Part shown: in pieces, positions 48,451 to 59,107 of the stretch
How the letters are laid out: the number at the start of each line of letters is the position of its first letter
Position numbering within the stretch: position 1 is the stretch's first letter
Source of the DNA: an uncultured Bacteroidia bacterium
GTDB taxonomy: Bacteria > Bacteroidota > Bacteroidia > NS11-12g > UBA955
DNA: 64,000 nucleotides
NCBI GenBank assembly: GCA_943788195.1
Contig: CALSPH010000002.1
Span: 393,054 to 457,053, forward strand
Reading direction: 5' to 3'
Made by a program: the position numbers and the translations under genes
Notes under the pieces: model-generated
The model's input: only the letters and a program-made list of their open reading frames with translations
The model's database searches: none
What the model was told of the DNA's origin: nothing

Positions 48451-48750
48451 ATGGCGAACGAATCTATTTTAAATAAGCTTGATCTAATTGCGGAAAAAAC
48501 ATCGTCAATAATCGATGAAAATAAGAAACTAAAGCAGCAAAATGGTGAAGCTAACTTGCTGATTAAAAAACTAAAGAAGATCAACGAGGTTCAAAAAAAC
48601 AGCCTCGAAATATTAGAACAGAAGAATAAATTAACTAATATTGCAAGTATTGTATCAACCTTGTCTGATGAAGATAAAATTGGTTTAAAGAAAACCCTAT
48701 CTATTCAGATAAAAGAGATTGATAAATGTTTAAAACTACTAAAAAATTGA
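48451..48750 (+). CDS. hypothetical coiled-coil protein
   Basis: 99 aa, heptad-rich, between pheT and zapA. Confidence 0.35.
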   Translation: MANESILNKLDLIAEKTSSIIDENKKLKQQNGEANLLIKKLKKINEVQKNSLEILEQKNKLTNIASIVSTLSDEDKIGLKKTLSIQIKEIDKCLKLLKN

Positions 48751-48769
48751 ATTTTAGGCGTTAGATAAC

Positions 48770-49066
48770 ATGCAGGAAAATCGAGAAATATCAATTCGTG
48801 TTCAAATAGCAGACAGGCAATATCCCCTGAAGGCTCAATTGCATGAAGAAGAGTATTTAAGAAAAGCCGCACGGCTTATAAATGAAAAACTGATGGGATA
48901 CAGCAAAAGCTTCTCTTTTAAAGATAAGCAAGATTTGCTAGCCATGGTCTGTCTAGAGTTTGCAACTGATGCACTCACCGTAACAAATACACTGGCGGAA
49001 ACAGACACGGATATCCTTGATAAAGTAAGAGAATTAGAAAACCTCTTTCATTCCCCTGCAGAGTAA
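48770..49066 (+). CDS. zapA: cell division protein ZapA-like
   Basis: 98 aa. ISIRVQIADRQYPLKA...EEEYLRKAARLINEKL matches the ZapA N-terminal domain pattern. Positioned upstream of rny as in many Bacteroidota. Confidence 0.55.
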   Translation: MQENREISIRVQIADRQYPLKAQLHEEEYLRKAARLINEKLMGYSKSFSFKDKQDLLAMVCLEFATDALTVTNTLAETDTDILDKVRELENLFHSPAE

Positions 49067-49123
49067 TTATTCTAACCCCAATTTTCAATCGGTAGTATTT
49101 GTTAAATACTAAATAAGAAGAAA

Positions 49124-50668
49124 ATGGTAAACATCGTATTATTAATTGTTGGGCTTATAGTTGGCGCTGCTGCTGGCTACATTATTGCCAACCAATTGCA
49201 AAAGAAGAAAACTGTATCAACGGGTAACAAAATTATTCGTGAAGCAAAACAAGCTGCGGAGAACATTAAAAAAGAGAAAAAACTTGAAGCAAAAGAACAC
49301 TTTCTTAAGCTTAAGTCTGAGCATGAACAATCTGCCAACAAGAGAAATCAAGATATTGCATCCGCGGAAAACAGAATCAAACAAAAAGAGCAAAGTTTAA
49401 ATGATCGGATCAATGCTTACACAAGCAAGGAAAAACAGATTGAAAAAAAGCAAGAGCAAATAAGTCAGCAATCTGAAGCAAACCAATTAAAGTCTGCTGA
49501 ACTTGACAAATTAATTGGAGAACAGATTAAATCTCTTGAAAAGGTAGCTAACTTAAGCGCTCAAGAAGCCAAAGATCAAATGATTGTTGCGGTTCAGAAA
49601 GAGGCTCAAACCGATGCAATTAAAGCGGCTAATCATATCATAGAAGAGGCCAAGTTGAATGCAACTAAAGAAGCGAAGAAAATGATTCTTCAAACCATCC
49701 AACGTACTGCGGCAGAGCAAGCCATTGAAAATTCTGTAACTGTTTTCAATATTGAAAATGATGAAATGAAAGGAAGAATCATTGGACGTGAGGGAAGAAA
49801 CATTAGAGCACTAGAAGCTGCAACAGGGATTGAAATTATTGTTGATGATACTCCTGAAGCAATTATTCTTTCTGGTTTTGACCCTGTTAGACGCGAAGTG
49901 GCGCGTTTATCCTTGCACCGTCTTATTGCTGATGGTAGAGTGCACCCGGCACGTATTGAGGAGGTTGTAGCGAAAACTAGAAAAGAAATCGAAGAGGAAA
50001 TCATTGAAATTGGGCAACGTACCGTTTTGGACCTGGAAGTAACTGGACTTCATCCTGAATTAATTCGTAAAGTGGGCCGAATGAGATATCGTTCATCTTA
50101 TGGACAAAATCTATTGAGACACAGCAGAGAAGTGGCTAATTTATGTGCTACTATGGCTGCAGAATTTGGCTTGAATGCAAAATTGGCTAAACGAGCAGGT
50201 TTGTTACACGATATTGGCAAAGTGGCCGAAGATGATGCTGAAACACCTCACGCACTATTGGGTATGAAATGGGCCGAAAAGTTTGGAGAACATCCTGAAG
50301 TTTGCAATGCGATCGGAGCGCATCACGATGAAATTGAAATGACCAGTTTATTATCCCCTATCATACAAAGTTGTGATGCAATCAGTGGGTCTAGACCTGG
50401 TGCACGTAGAGAAGACTCTGAGAAGTATGTTAAGAGGTTAAAAGATTTAGAAGCATTAGCTATGGGTTTTGACGGAGTCGAAAAAGCATTTGCCATCCAA
50501 GCAGGCAGAGAATTACGCGTAATTGTTGATAGTGATGTCGTAGATGATAAGATTGCAGATGAACTTTCGTTCAAAATATCAGACAAAATCATGAAAGAGA
50601 TGATTTACCCTGGACAAATAAAAATCACCTTAATACGGGAGAAACGGGCTATTAATTACGCGAAATAG
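49124..50668 (+). CDS. rny: ribonuclease Y
   Basis: N-terminal TM helix, long coiled coil, KH domain ([24 protein letters not shown]) and HD domain (HSREVANL...LLHDIGK). Confidence 0.85.
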   Translation: MVNIVLLIVGLIVGAAAGYIIANQLQKKKTVSTGNKIIREAKQAAENIKKEKKLEAKEHFLKLKSEHEQSANKRNQDIASAENRIKQKEQSLNDRINAYTSKEKQIEKKQEQISQQSEANQLKSAELDKLIGEQIKSLEKVANLSAQEAKDQMIVAVQKEAQTDAIKAANHIIEEAKLNATKEAKKMILQTIQRTAAEQAIENSVTVFNIENDEMKGRIIGREGRNIRALEAATGIEIIVDDTPEAIILSGFDPVRREVARLSLHRLIADGRVHPARIEEVVAKTRKEIEEEIIEIGQRTVLDLEVTGLHPELIRKVGRMRYRSSYGQNLLRHSREVANLCATMAAEFGLNAKLAKRAGLLHDIGKVAEDDAETPHALLGMKWAEKFGEHPEVCNAIGAHHDEIEMTSLLSPIIQSCDAISGSRPGARREDSEKYVKRLKDLEALAMGFDGVEKAFAIQAGRELRVIVDSDVVDDKIADELSFKISDKIMKEMIYPGQIKITLIREKRAINYAK

Positions 50669-50711
50669 AAAAATCGAACTGTTTGGCAACGTTTTTGCAA
50701 ATAGAACTGTA

Positions 50712-51083
50712 ATGAAGAAGTTAGTCTTATTTTTACTGATGGGTGTATTTGGCGCAATTTCCGCTGGAAACCAATCACTGATGGTAGATGTAGTGAATGC
50801 ATTTAGAAAGAAAGATGCAGGAACTATGGCTATTCATTTTGATAGTAATTTAGAAATAGATATCCCTGGAAACAAAGGCATGTACAGTTCTGGACAAGCC
50901 AAAGTTATCATGCAGCAATATTTAGACAACAACAGTCCTTCTGATGTTAAACTCTCGCACTCTGGCAATTCTGCCAATGGAAGCAAGTTTGCTATTATAG
51001 ATTTCTCAACTTCTTCTGGATCAAAGAAGGCTAAAGTCTACTTTAACACTTCTGAGAAAATTTCAGAAATCAAAGTAGAATAA
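50712..51083 (+). CDS. hypothetical secreted protein (DUF4783-like)
   Basis: ORF with signal peptide. Confidence 0.35.
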   Translation: MKKLVLFLLMGVFGAISAGNQSLMVDVVNAFRKKDAGTMAIHFDSNLEIDIPGNKGMYSSGQAKVIMQQYLDNNSPSDVKLSHSGNSANGSKFAIIDFSTSSGSKKAKVYFNTSEKISEIKVE

Positions 51084-51119
51084 CAATCCTAAATTTTACA
51101 ATATCTTTGAAGGCATTAT

Positions 51120-51977
51120 ATGCTTGATATAGAAATCGTCCACCTTTTTATTGAAAATGCTTTAGCAGAAGATGTTAAAGAAGGAGACCACAGCAGTCTT
51201 TCATGCATTAGCGATGAGGCTATCGGAAAGGCCAAACTGATTTTTAAGAGTGAAGGTGTGGCAGCAGGTATTGAGCTTGCTGCAGTGATACTAAAATATT
51301 TAGACCCAGATATTAAGCTAGACGTTAAATTAAAAGATGGCGATGTATTTACTTACGGTGATATCGGCTTCTACGCTGAAGGGAAAATTCATGCACTTCT
51401 AAAGGGCGAACGTCTGTTGCTTAACTGCATGCAGCGTTTCAGTGCTATTTCTACTGAAACTGCTAGATATGTGGAGCGCATTAAACATACCAACTGCAAA
51501 CTGCTTGATACACGTAAAACAACCCCTAACTTGAGATATTTCGAAAAATGGGCGGTTCGTATTGGAGGAGGTCATAATCATCGGTTTGGACTCTATGACA
51601 TGATCATGCTTAAAGACAATCACATTGACTTTTGTGGTGGTATAACCAATGCTCTTACACTGGCCAAAAAATATCTGCAGGAAATTAACAGGACCGACAT
51701 TCCAATTGAAATCGAAACACGCAATATGGATGAAGTGCAAGAAGCATTGGATGCGGGTATTGCAGATCGAATTATGTTGGATAATTTTAAGCCTGAGTTA
51801 ATAAAAGAAGCGGTGCAGCTGATTGGCAACCAAGCAGAAACGGAAGCAAGTGGTGGGATTAATTACGAGACGATTCAGTCCTATGCTGAAACAGGCGTTA
51901 ATTTTGTCAGCGTAGGTGCTTTGACCCATGGTGTAAATTCGCTGGATATCAGCTTCAAAACCGTTCGTCAAGTTTAA
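51120..51977 (+). CDS. nadC: nicotinate-nucleotide pyrophosphorylase (carboxylating)
   Basis: QPRTase motifs (LLNCMQRFSAISTETARY..., LLDTRKTTPNLR, GGGHNHRFGLYD). Confidence 0.85.
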   Translation: MLDIEIVHLFIENALAEDVKEGDHSSLSCISDEAIGKAKLIFKSEGVAAGIELAAVILKYLDPDIKLDVKLKDGDVFTYGDIGFYAEGKIHALLKGERLLLNCMQRFSAISTETARYVERIKHTNCKLLDTRKTTPNLRYFEKWAVRIGGGHNHRFGLYDMIMLKDNHIDFCGGITNALTLAKKYLQEINRTDIPIEIETRNMDEVQEALDAGIADRIMLDNFKPELIKEAVQLIGNQAETEASGGINYETIQSYAETGVNFVSVGALTHGVNSLDISFKTVRQV

Positions 51978-52035
51978 GCCATATTTGCTCAAGACCCCAT
52001 TAACCCTTTAAAAATATATCTGTATATTTGTGCGG

Positions 52036-52728
52036 ATGAAAAAAATAATACTATCTAGTTTATTGATATGCAGTTTTGCCTTATTCGGCACTGCACAGGT
52101 TTATGAGAAAGATTATCTCTTTGCGAACATGCTCATTGAGCAAACGGGAGATCAAGATTTCTCTTTATATGTGAACATAAAAAATCCGAGTAAATATAAA
52201 AACTATACTTGGACCAGAAACATAAAAGGTCTTGGCACCAGCTGGACGACTGCGGTATGTGACCCTTTCTTATGTCATGGTGATGATGTTAACACCGCTA
52301 AGTTTTTTATGGACAGTGGAGAAACTGCTTTAATGACCAATCATTTCTATATGAAAGATACTGCAGGTGGTGGACAAGAGGGCATCGTTGACATCATTAT
52401 TGAAAATGACTCAACCAATGCAAAAGATACAGCTACATTTAAAATTACTGTTTGGAATCGAAGACTGAGCATAGAACGAATTGGGCAGGAAGTTCTTAAT
52501 GTATACCCAAACCCAAGTGCGGATCAAATCAATATAACTTCATCAGAAGCCATTGAATTAATCGAAATAGTGGATTTAAACGGTAAAGTGCTTCAAACAA
52601 GAAATATTTCGGAGGGACTTAGAACAGCTGAAGTGAAAACTCAATTTATACCCACTGGTCTCTATTTAGTTCGTGTGCGCACGAATACTGGACAAGTAAC
52701 CACCAAAAAAATAACAGTTAATAAGTAA
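52036..52728 (+). CDS. secreted protein with T9SS C-terminal sorting domain
   Basis: Start moved to the ATG at 52036 (MKKIILSSLLICSFALFGTAQ signal peptide). C-terminal CTD (VYPNPSADQINITS...GLYLVRVRTNTGQVTTKKITVNK). Confidence 0.5.
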   Translation: MKKIILSSLLICSFALFGTAQVYEKDYLFANMLIEQTGDQDFSLYVNIKNPSKYKNYTWTRNIKGLGTSWTTAVCDPFLCHGDDVNTAKFFMDSGETALMTNHFYMKDTAGGGQEGIVDIIIENDSTNAKDTATFKITVWNRRLSIERIGQEVLNVYPNPSADQINITSSEAIELIEIVDLNGKVLQTRNISEGLRTAEVKTQFIPTGLYLVRVRTNTGQVTTKKITVNK

Positions 52729-53556
52729 TTAATTAAGCCAACGCTTAATTCTGGGGGCATAAATATTTAGTAATACCCCAATAACTACAATTAGAAACCC
52801 AGTTACTTCAAGGTAGCTGGGTTTTTCATTAAATAGAATTAAGCCAAAGAACAAGGCATAGCCCAGACCAATGTATGTAACGGAGGCCACCTTAGCAGCT
52901 CGCTCAATTTGATATGCCAAGGTCATCGCAAATTGAGCTATTTGGGTAGATACCCCAATTAATAACAATAAGCCAATTTCAGGCCATGTAGGGAGGTTTA
53001 AAATACCCTGCCATATAAGTATGATCAAAGAAACGGGAAGTGTCACCAGTGGAAAGTAAAACACAATCAAATTTGGCGATTCAGTAGTTTTCAATTTTCG
53101 AATAACATTATATGCAGCACCTGAAAAGACTGCGCTCAATATTCCCAAGGTAAAGTACAGCGGATGAATGCTTCCGAACTGTTTAATCATCACCAAACCA
53201 GATAGACAAATCAAAAAAGCAAACCATTGAATTTTAAGAATCTTCTCTTTGAGCACAATTAAGGCAATAAGCATAGTAAATATTGGACTGGTATATTGCA
53301 GCACAACTGCGTTTGCCAAATTCATCTGTTGAATGGTTGAATAATATAATAATAAGCCAACAAACCCGAATAAACCACGCAGCACCAGTAGCTTCGTATT
53401 GTTCCCCTTAATGGATACTCCCCTTCGCCATAAATAATATCCACTAATCACCAAGGTGACCAAAGCCCGATAAAAAACGAGTTCTATAGCCGAATAGGTG
53501 GGCAAATACTTAATTGCCACATTCATCACTGCAAATGAGAATACAGCAATGGACAT
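52729..53556 (-). CDS. EamA/DMT-family transporter
   Basis: 275 aa with 10 TM helices and duplicated EamA-like halves. Confidence 0.55.
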   Translation of the reverse strand: MSIAVFSFAVMNVAIKYLPTYSAIELVFYRALVTLVISGYYLWRRGVSIKGNNTKLLVLRGLFGFVGLLLYYSTIQQMNLANAVVLQYTSPIFTMLIALIVLKEKILKIQWFAFLICLSGLVMIKQFGSIHPLYFTLGILSAVFSGAAYNVIRKLKTTESPNLIVFYFPLVTLPVSLIILIWQGILNLPTWPEIGLLLLIGVSTQIAQFAMTLAYQIERAAKVASVTYIGLGYALFFGLILFNEKPSYLEVTGFLIVVIGVLLNIYAPRIKRWLN

Positions 53557-53676
53557 ATATTGGACTCCGGATAGTTGTTTTTTAATGGCACAAAACTAAT
53601 TCAATAATTAGATATGCCATTGTAAATACAAGGTGTATAACTTCATGTAAAATAGCCCTTATTTTGTAGTCAATAT

Positions 53677-55023
53677 ATGGCCAATACACTTTCCCCGCTC
53701 AACGCAATATCTCCCATTGATGGCAGGTATCAATCTAAAACGGATTCTCTTTCTCCATATTTCAGCGAATTTGGACTCATTAAATATCGTGTAATCATCG
53801 AAATAGAATATTTAATCGCACTTTCCGAATCCAAAACAACTCCATTAGATTTCAATGCAGATCAACAATCTGCCTTACGATCGGTGGTGAAGGATTTTTC
53901 AGAAGTCGATGCACTGCGTATTAAAGAGATTGAAAAAATCACCAATCACGATGTGAAGGCTGTCGAATATTTCATCAAAGAACAATTGGCAGAGGTACTA
54001 AAACCCAATGAAATAGAATACATACATTTTGGTTTGACATCTCAGGATATTAACAATAGTGCCGTTCCATTGTCCATTAAAGATGCCAAGGAAGAAATAA
54101 TTATCCCGATGCTGAGAAAGCTCATTGGTCAAATAGAAATGATGGCTAGCAATTGGAAAGATATTCCTATGTTAGCTAAAACACACGGTCAACCAGCCTC
54201 TCCTACTAAATTAGGCAAGGAGTTTTTGGTTTTTAGTGAGCGCCTGCATAAACAAGTGAACAAACTCGAAAAGCAACAACTCGAAGCCAAGTTCGGTGGA
54301 GCAACCGGTAACTTGAATGCACACTATATCGCCTATCCAGATGTTGACTGGGTTACTTTTGCCAATAATTATATTGAGTCGTTGGGAATGATAAGGCAGC
54401 AAACAACCACTCAAATCGAGCAATATGACGAACTTGCTAGCCTGTTTAACACCATCGCGCGTATTTGCACGATCCTCATTGATTATGCTCGAGATATCTG
54501 GATCTATGTAAGTATGGATTATTTTAAACAGAAACTAAAAGAGGGTGAAATTGGTTCTTCCGCAATGCCACATAAAGTTAACCCAATCGATTTTGAAAAT
54601 GCGGAAGGGAATTTAGGAATCGCCATTGCCATTTTAAACCATCTTGCAGATAAACTGCCTGTTTCTCGGCTTCAAAGAGATTTAACAGATAGTACTGTCC
54701 TTAGAAACATTGGGGTTCCTTTTGGTCACTTACTAATCGCAGTAAATTCTATCTTAAAAGGAAACGATAAACTCTTGTTGAACGAAAGTGCGATTCATGC
54801 AGATCTAGAAAAAAACTGGATCGTTGTTGCAGAGGCTATTCAATCTGTTTTAAGAACTGCAGGCTTTGAAAAGCCTTATGAACTGCTAAAAGATCTTACG
54901 CGAACCAACAAAGTGATTGGAAAGGCAGAAATTCATGAATTTATTCGAAATTTAGATGTTTCCGATGTAATTAAAGATAGATTATTACTGATATCTCCTC
55001 AAAATTATACGGGTAACGCATAA
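53677..55023 (+). CDS. purB: adenylosuccinate lyase
   Basis: N-terminus SPLNAISPIDGRYQSKT and fumarate-lyase signature region (GSSAMPHKVNP). Confidence 0.85.
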   Translation: MANTLSPLNAISPIDGRYQSKTDSLSPYFSEFGLIKYRVIIEIEYLIALSESKTTPLDFNADQQSALRSVVKDFSEVDALRIKEIEKITNHDVKAVEYFIKEQLAEVLKPNEIEYIHFGLTSQDINNSAVPLSIKDAKEEIIIPMLRKLIGQIEMMASNWKDIPMLAKTHGQPASPTKLGKEFLVFSERLHKQVNKLEKQQLEAKFGGATGNLNAHYIAYPDVDWVTFANNYIESLGMIRQQTTTQIEQYDELASLFNTIARICTILIDYARDIWIYVSMDYFKQKLKEGEIGSSAMPHKVNPIDFENAEGNLGIAIAILNHLADKLPVSRLQRDLTDSTVLRNIGVPFGHLLIAVNSILKGNDKLLLNESAIHADLEKNWIVVAEAIQSVLRTAGFEKPYELLKDLTRTNKVIGKAEIHEFIRNLDVSDVIKDRLLLISPQNYTGNA

Positions 55024-55173
55024 TTGCTGTTTTAATATAATATAAATTATTTAAACAATGAAGCGTTTTTGATTAAACTGTTTACATATATCCTTTTTTT
55101 GGTGCTATTCCCCTGAAAATCATAGCACAATCGATTTTTTGTTTAATCTTTTTCATACATTTGAACAGTCAAA

Positions 55174-55698
55174 GTGAAAAAGTTAATCGTTTATACCGTT
55201 TTGGGAATGCTTGTACTCAGCTCATGTGGTAAAAAGGAATCATTCATAGAACCCAGTGCAACAAGAACAATAGAAAGTAACTCCAGTTCCATTACACTAA
55301 ACAATTACGCTTTTATTAAATCTGCAGATGTATATGCTACCCAAGTGGAGCAAAAAACGGATGCGATAAGATTTCATTCATCTTTTGATGTTAATAATCA
55401 TAAAAGCGCGGGAAACTTAGCTTTTGAAATAACCTCTGTTGCCAAAACCCTTAAGACAGGCGATTATATGTTAAGTTCTGAAAATGAACAAGCGGTTATA
55501 AAATACATTAGCAATGGCATTACTTGGAAATCTAGCATGGGCCATCAGAAAGGATCCATTTTTAAAATTCTAAGTTCAAAAGACTTAGAAGCAGCCAGTG
55601 GTTATGTAAAAGAAGCAACGGTTCAAGTTAATTGCTTTCTGTATAATGCAAAAGGAGAAAACATTCCTTTTACTTGCATCACTCAAATTAAATTTTAA
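55174..55698 (+). CDS. hypothetical lipoprotein
   Basis: Lipobox LSSC, no other motifs. Confidence 0.35.
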   Translation: MKKLIVYTVLGMLVLSSCGKKESFIEPSATRTIESNSSSITLNNYAFIKSADVYATQVEQKTDAIRFHSSFDVNNHKSAGNLAFEITSVAKTLKTGDYMLSSENEQAVIKYISNGITWKSSMGHQKGSIFKILSSKDLEAASGYVKEATVQVNCFLYNAKGENIPFTCITQIKF

Positions 55699-56630
55699 TT
55701 AATCTCATCCAGGTAAGACTGGATATGACGATTTTTCTTCTGTTCGTAAATATCACGAATTGTTATCATGATTGCAGTTTCTTCCACATTCCCAAAATGA
55801 GGGTTTTCAGCCGTGCCGAATGTTTTCATTGTTGGCGATAAATTCATATACGAGTTAACTAAGGGGGGTATATTTTCGCCCATATTTCTGACTTCTTGGT
55901 TGAGTACTTTATAGGCATCTACAAAGTCCAATTGATGAAAAACCGCCTTCATTTCAGAAACCGATGTTTTGATTTTCAATGGATGAATAGGCCTAAGTAA
56001 ATTTTCGTAATCGGGGAAGTACGCCTTTAAGAAATAAAGGATATAATCACGTGCTTTGGAGTTGAAACTTTTGTACATGGTTACCTTACCAAAGAAAAAC
56101 TCGATTTTAGGATTGTCCACAACAATGGCACCTAGGCCATCCCAAATATTATCCAATGCAAACAACCCTTTTCTAGGGTTTACTGCAGGTTGATATTTAG
56201 GTTGCACCCAACTGCGCCCCAGTTCTATGGTTCTAGGAAGAAAATTTCGAATAAATGCAGGTGAAAAATAGAAATAATCTGCGGTAGAAAGACTTACTGA
56301 ACGCTTATCTGCACTTATCGACTTTTCGCAGTCAATAAACCGATAGCCCCCAACAATTTCTCGGTCCTCTGGACTATAAACAACTAATTGCTCATAGTAT
56401 CTCTCTTCTTGGGTATCATAATCATCTATATCGATAGATTTGCCCGTTCCTCCGCCCCCTTGCCGAAAACTTAGTTCCCTTAAACGTCCAATCTCTTGAA
56501 GTACATTAGGTGCATTATGGAAGTTACAAATGTATATTTCATTATCCCCTTTATTGGTCTTGCGCACAAAAAAAGGTTTTAGTTCATCCTCTAACAAAGT
56601 TCGGTCTATGGGATCGATTATCTGTTCCAT
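55695..56630 (-). CDS. GNAT-fold N-acyltransferase, OlsB/GlsB-like (N-acyl amino-acid lipid synthase)
   Basis: About 310 aa acetyltransferase-like protein encoded immediately downstream of a lysophospholipid-acyltransferase-family gene. This is the conserved two-gene arrangement for ornithine/glycine lipid synthesis. Confidence 0.5.
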   Translation of the reverse strand: MEQIIDPIDRTLLEDELKPFFVRKTNKGDNEIYICNFHNAPNVLQEIGRLRELSFRQGGGGTGKSIDIDDYDTQEERYYEQLVVYSPEDREIVGGYRFIDCEKSISADKRSVSLSTADYFYFSPAFIRNFLPRTIELGRSWVQPKYQPAVNPRKGLFALDNIWDGLGAIVVDNPKIEFFFGKVTMYKSFNSKARDYILYFLKAYFPDYENLLRPIHPLKIKTSVSEMKAVFHQLDFVDAYKVLNQEVRNMGENIPPLVNSYMNLSPTMKTFGTAENPHFGNVEETAIMITIRDIYEQKKNRHIQSYLDEIN

Positions 56631-56635
56631 ACAAT

Positions 56636-57454
56636 CTACTCCGCTAAATTATACAATTCTTTCCTAACATAAGAACAAATTTCATCATTCGTCCATGATG
56701 TATCCAATTGATTGACAAAAATTGGTTTCCCAATTCGGTATCGTATCGTTCTACCTCGCTGCTTAAACATTTCATCCGCCAGATAAAGCATTTCAATATT
56801 TGCCTTAATTCCCAAGCGTTTCCGGATATTACTCAAGCTGTAAAACCAATTACTTAGTCTACCTTCCGTATAAATGGGGATGATAGGATGGTCATATTTT
56901 TTTGCTCTGCTAACAAAAGATTTTTGCCATTTCAAATCAATTATTTTGCCTTCTATTCTTCTAGATACTAGACCTGAGGGGAAGATCATGATTAATTTCT
57001 CAGAAGCAAAAAGCGCTTCCACTTTTCGTAAACTTTCTCTCGAAGAAGTGCCCACTTTATTGACACCGGTAAAAATATCATTCAGTTGAGTTATGTGCAA
57101 TAAAATGTCATTGACTATGTACTTTAAGTCTGTTCTTATATTTTGTATTTCAGGAACAATAGCCATCGCATCCAACCCTCCTAAAGGATGATTGGAAACA
57201 GCAATACAACCCCCTTCTTTGGGAATATTTTCTAATCCAACCATTTCAATGGTTACACCAAAATAGTCTCTTACTTCTCTAGTAAACTCAAATGCATTTT
57301 TGTCGGCATGCCGTTCAATAAAAGTATTGATCTCTTTTTGATGAACGATCCGTTTTATATAACGGGCGATAAATGAAGGCAGCCAAGGATAAATTCTTGG
57401 AGACTTTGTTTTTAGAACTTTATCTATATCTATTAGGTCGTTATCCTTCCCCAT
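56636..57454 (-). CDS. lysophospholipid acyltransferase-family protein (OlsA/GlsA-like O-acyltransferase)
   Basis: PlsC-type region (VSNHPLGGLDAMAI ... FPSGLVSRR). Confidence 0.55.
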   Translation of the reverse strand: MGKDNDLIDIDKVLKTKSPRIYPWLPSFIARYIKRIVHQKEINTFIERHADKNAFEFTREVRDYFGVTIEMVGLENIPKEGGCIAVSNHPLGGLDAMAIVPEIQNIRTDLKYIVNDILLHITQLNDIFTGVNKVGTSSRESLRKVEALFASEKLIMIFPSGLVSRRIEGKIIDLKWQKSFVSRAKKYDHPIIPIYTEGRLSNWFYSLSNIRKRLGIKANIEMLYLADEMFKQRGRTIRYRIGKPIFVNQLDTSWTNDEICSYVRKELYNLAE

Positions 57455-57493
57455 ACTGGAAGCTCAAACTTAAGCCTAATTTTTAAAATAATT

Positions 57494-59083
57494 TTACTGA
57501 ATTACCATTGACTTGGTAATTCTATTTGCTTGATAACTCAATTGATAATAATAGTTGCCGGCTTTCAAATTGCCCTTTTCAAATAATATATCCTGAACAC
57601 CTGCTTCTGATTTACCATGGTAAATAGTCTGAACTTTACGCCCCATTGCATCAAATAATGCAATATCAACTATTCCACCAGGTGTGTTAAACTGAATAAA
57701 GGCTTTATCAACTAATGGGTTGGGATAATTCTGTTCTAGCACAATTCCTTTCTCAATTTTCAAAGGTTTATGAATGCTAGACGTTGTGTCAAACACCGGT
57801 AAATTATCAAAATTCTTGAGTAATACATCTTTATCCGTTGTTTCATCATCCAGTTCAAACCATTGTTGCAACACAGATGCATAGACTTGTCTAAAATCAT
57901 ACTCCATTGGCAAGTTATCATTCACTGAAACGGTGCTTGAAATGGTAGGATTGTTTCCAATAATACCAGGATTCACTTTATTCCCAAAAACAAACATGGG
58001 TGCTGCAGCTCCGTGATCTGTTCCTAAACTAAAGTTACTTTGAATTCTCCGTCCAAATTCACTAAAGGTCATTCCAGCCACTCGATCATCTATTTTCAAC
58101 AGTTTGCAATCATCCATAAATGCATCAATTGCAACAGATAATGTGCTCAACAGATTTGCATGTGCACCAGTTGAAGTATCTGAAGCCACTACTTGTTGAG
58201 CATGGGTGTCAAAACCACCCATAGAAACGTAGTATAATGGTGTTTTAAGCCCTCCAGAAATTAATCTAGCCACTATCTTTAATTGTTCAGATAGCGAATT
58301 CGCCCGCCCACCTGTTGGATATTTGGTTGATTTATTTTCACCAACAGTTGAGGCTGCCTTAATTACGGCTAAATAACCTTGTGTTTGCTGAGATACTTTA
58401 CGAATAAACGTTAACTCATGACCCGCAGGTGTGCTTGGTGCGGGATCAACAATATCATTGGTCATGGCATAAAAATCATCGGGATTCGAGATATTCATGG
58501 CCATATTATTGGCTCCAGGCCCAATCAAGGATAAAGATACTGAGGAACCAATCTGAATCGCCAAAGGATCGGGATTAGCAACGCTTGGATAATTATCTGG
58601 ATAATTAGGATATTCATGATCAAGGAAACGCCCCAACCATCCATCAACTAAGTTTTGATTGCTGTCTGAAGCCGACTTCCATATATCGGTAGATCTAAAG
58701 TGCGAGAAATTCGGTTGAGGGTATCCCACATTTTGAATAATACACACTTTTTCATCATTGTATAAGTTTTGCAAACCTGTCATAGCAGGGTGCAATTTAG
58801 TTTTAGTAATACCATTTAAAGCTAAGGCCTTATTTTCTTCTATAAGGACATTTGACCTTGCGGTGCTTAAATTTGAGTATTGGTCTACAGGTATAACCAT
58901 GTTTAGACCGTCATTCCCACCGTTCATTTCTATCACAACGAGAACCTTTCCATTTATCGCGGCTCTTCGCGCTAATTTTTTCAGGAATTTTCCAGTTCCA
59001 TGGGCTTTTATACTAAAACCGCCAATTAAACTAGGGATCATTACAGCGGGTACTGTGGCTTTTAAAAATTCTTTTCTTTTCAT
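57494..59083 (-). CDS. DUF1501-family (sulfatase/phosphatase-like) protein with T9SS C-terminal sorting domain
   Basis: N-terminal Tat-like KRKEFLK segment and GGNDGLNMVIPV motif. The last about 80 aa (NYPNPLVDKAFIQF...GNYYYQLSYQANRITKSMVIQ) resemble a T9SS CTD. Paired with the DUF1800 gene. Confidence 0.55.
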   Translation of the reverse strand: MKRKEFLKATVPAVMIPSLIGGFSIKAHGTGKFLKKLARRAAINGKVLVVIEMNGGNDGLNMVIPVDQYSNLSTARSNVLIEENKALALNGITKTKLHPAMTGLQNLYNDEKVCIIQNVGYPQPNFSHFRSTDIWKSASDSNQNLVDGWLGRFLDHEYPNYPDNYPSVANPDPLAIQIGSSVSLSLIGPGANNMAMNISNPDDFYAMTNDIVDPAPSTPAGHELTFIRKVSQQTQGYLAVIKAASTVGENKSTKYPTGGRANSLSEQLKIVARLISGGLKTPLYYVSMGGFDTHAQQVVASDTSTGAHANLLSTLSVAIDAFMDDCKLLKIDDRVAGMTFSEFGRRIQSNFSLGTDHGAAAPMFVFGNKVNPGIIGNNPTISSTVSVNDNLPMEYDFRQVYASVLQQWFELDDETTDKDVLLKNFDNLPVFDTTSSIHKPLKIEKGIVLEQNYPNPLVDKAFIQFNTPGGIVDIALFDAMGRKVQTIYHGKSEAGVQDILFEKGNLKAGNYYYQLSYQANRITKSMVIQ

Positions 59084-59107
59084 CTTAATCTTCTTGTTTA
59101 ATTGTGT

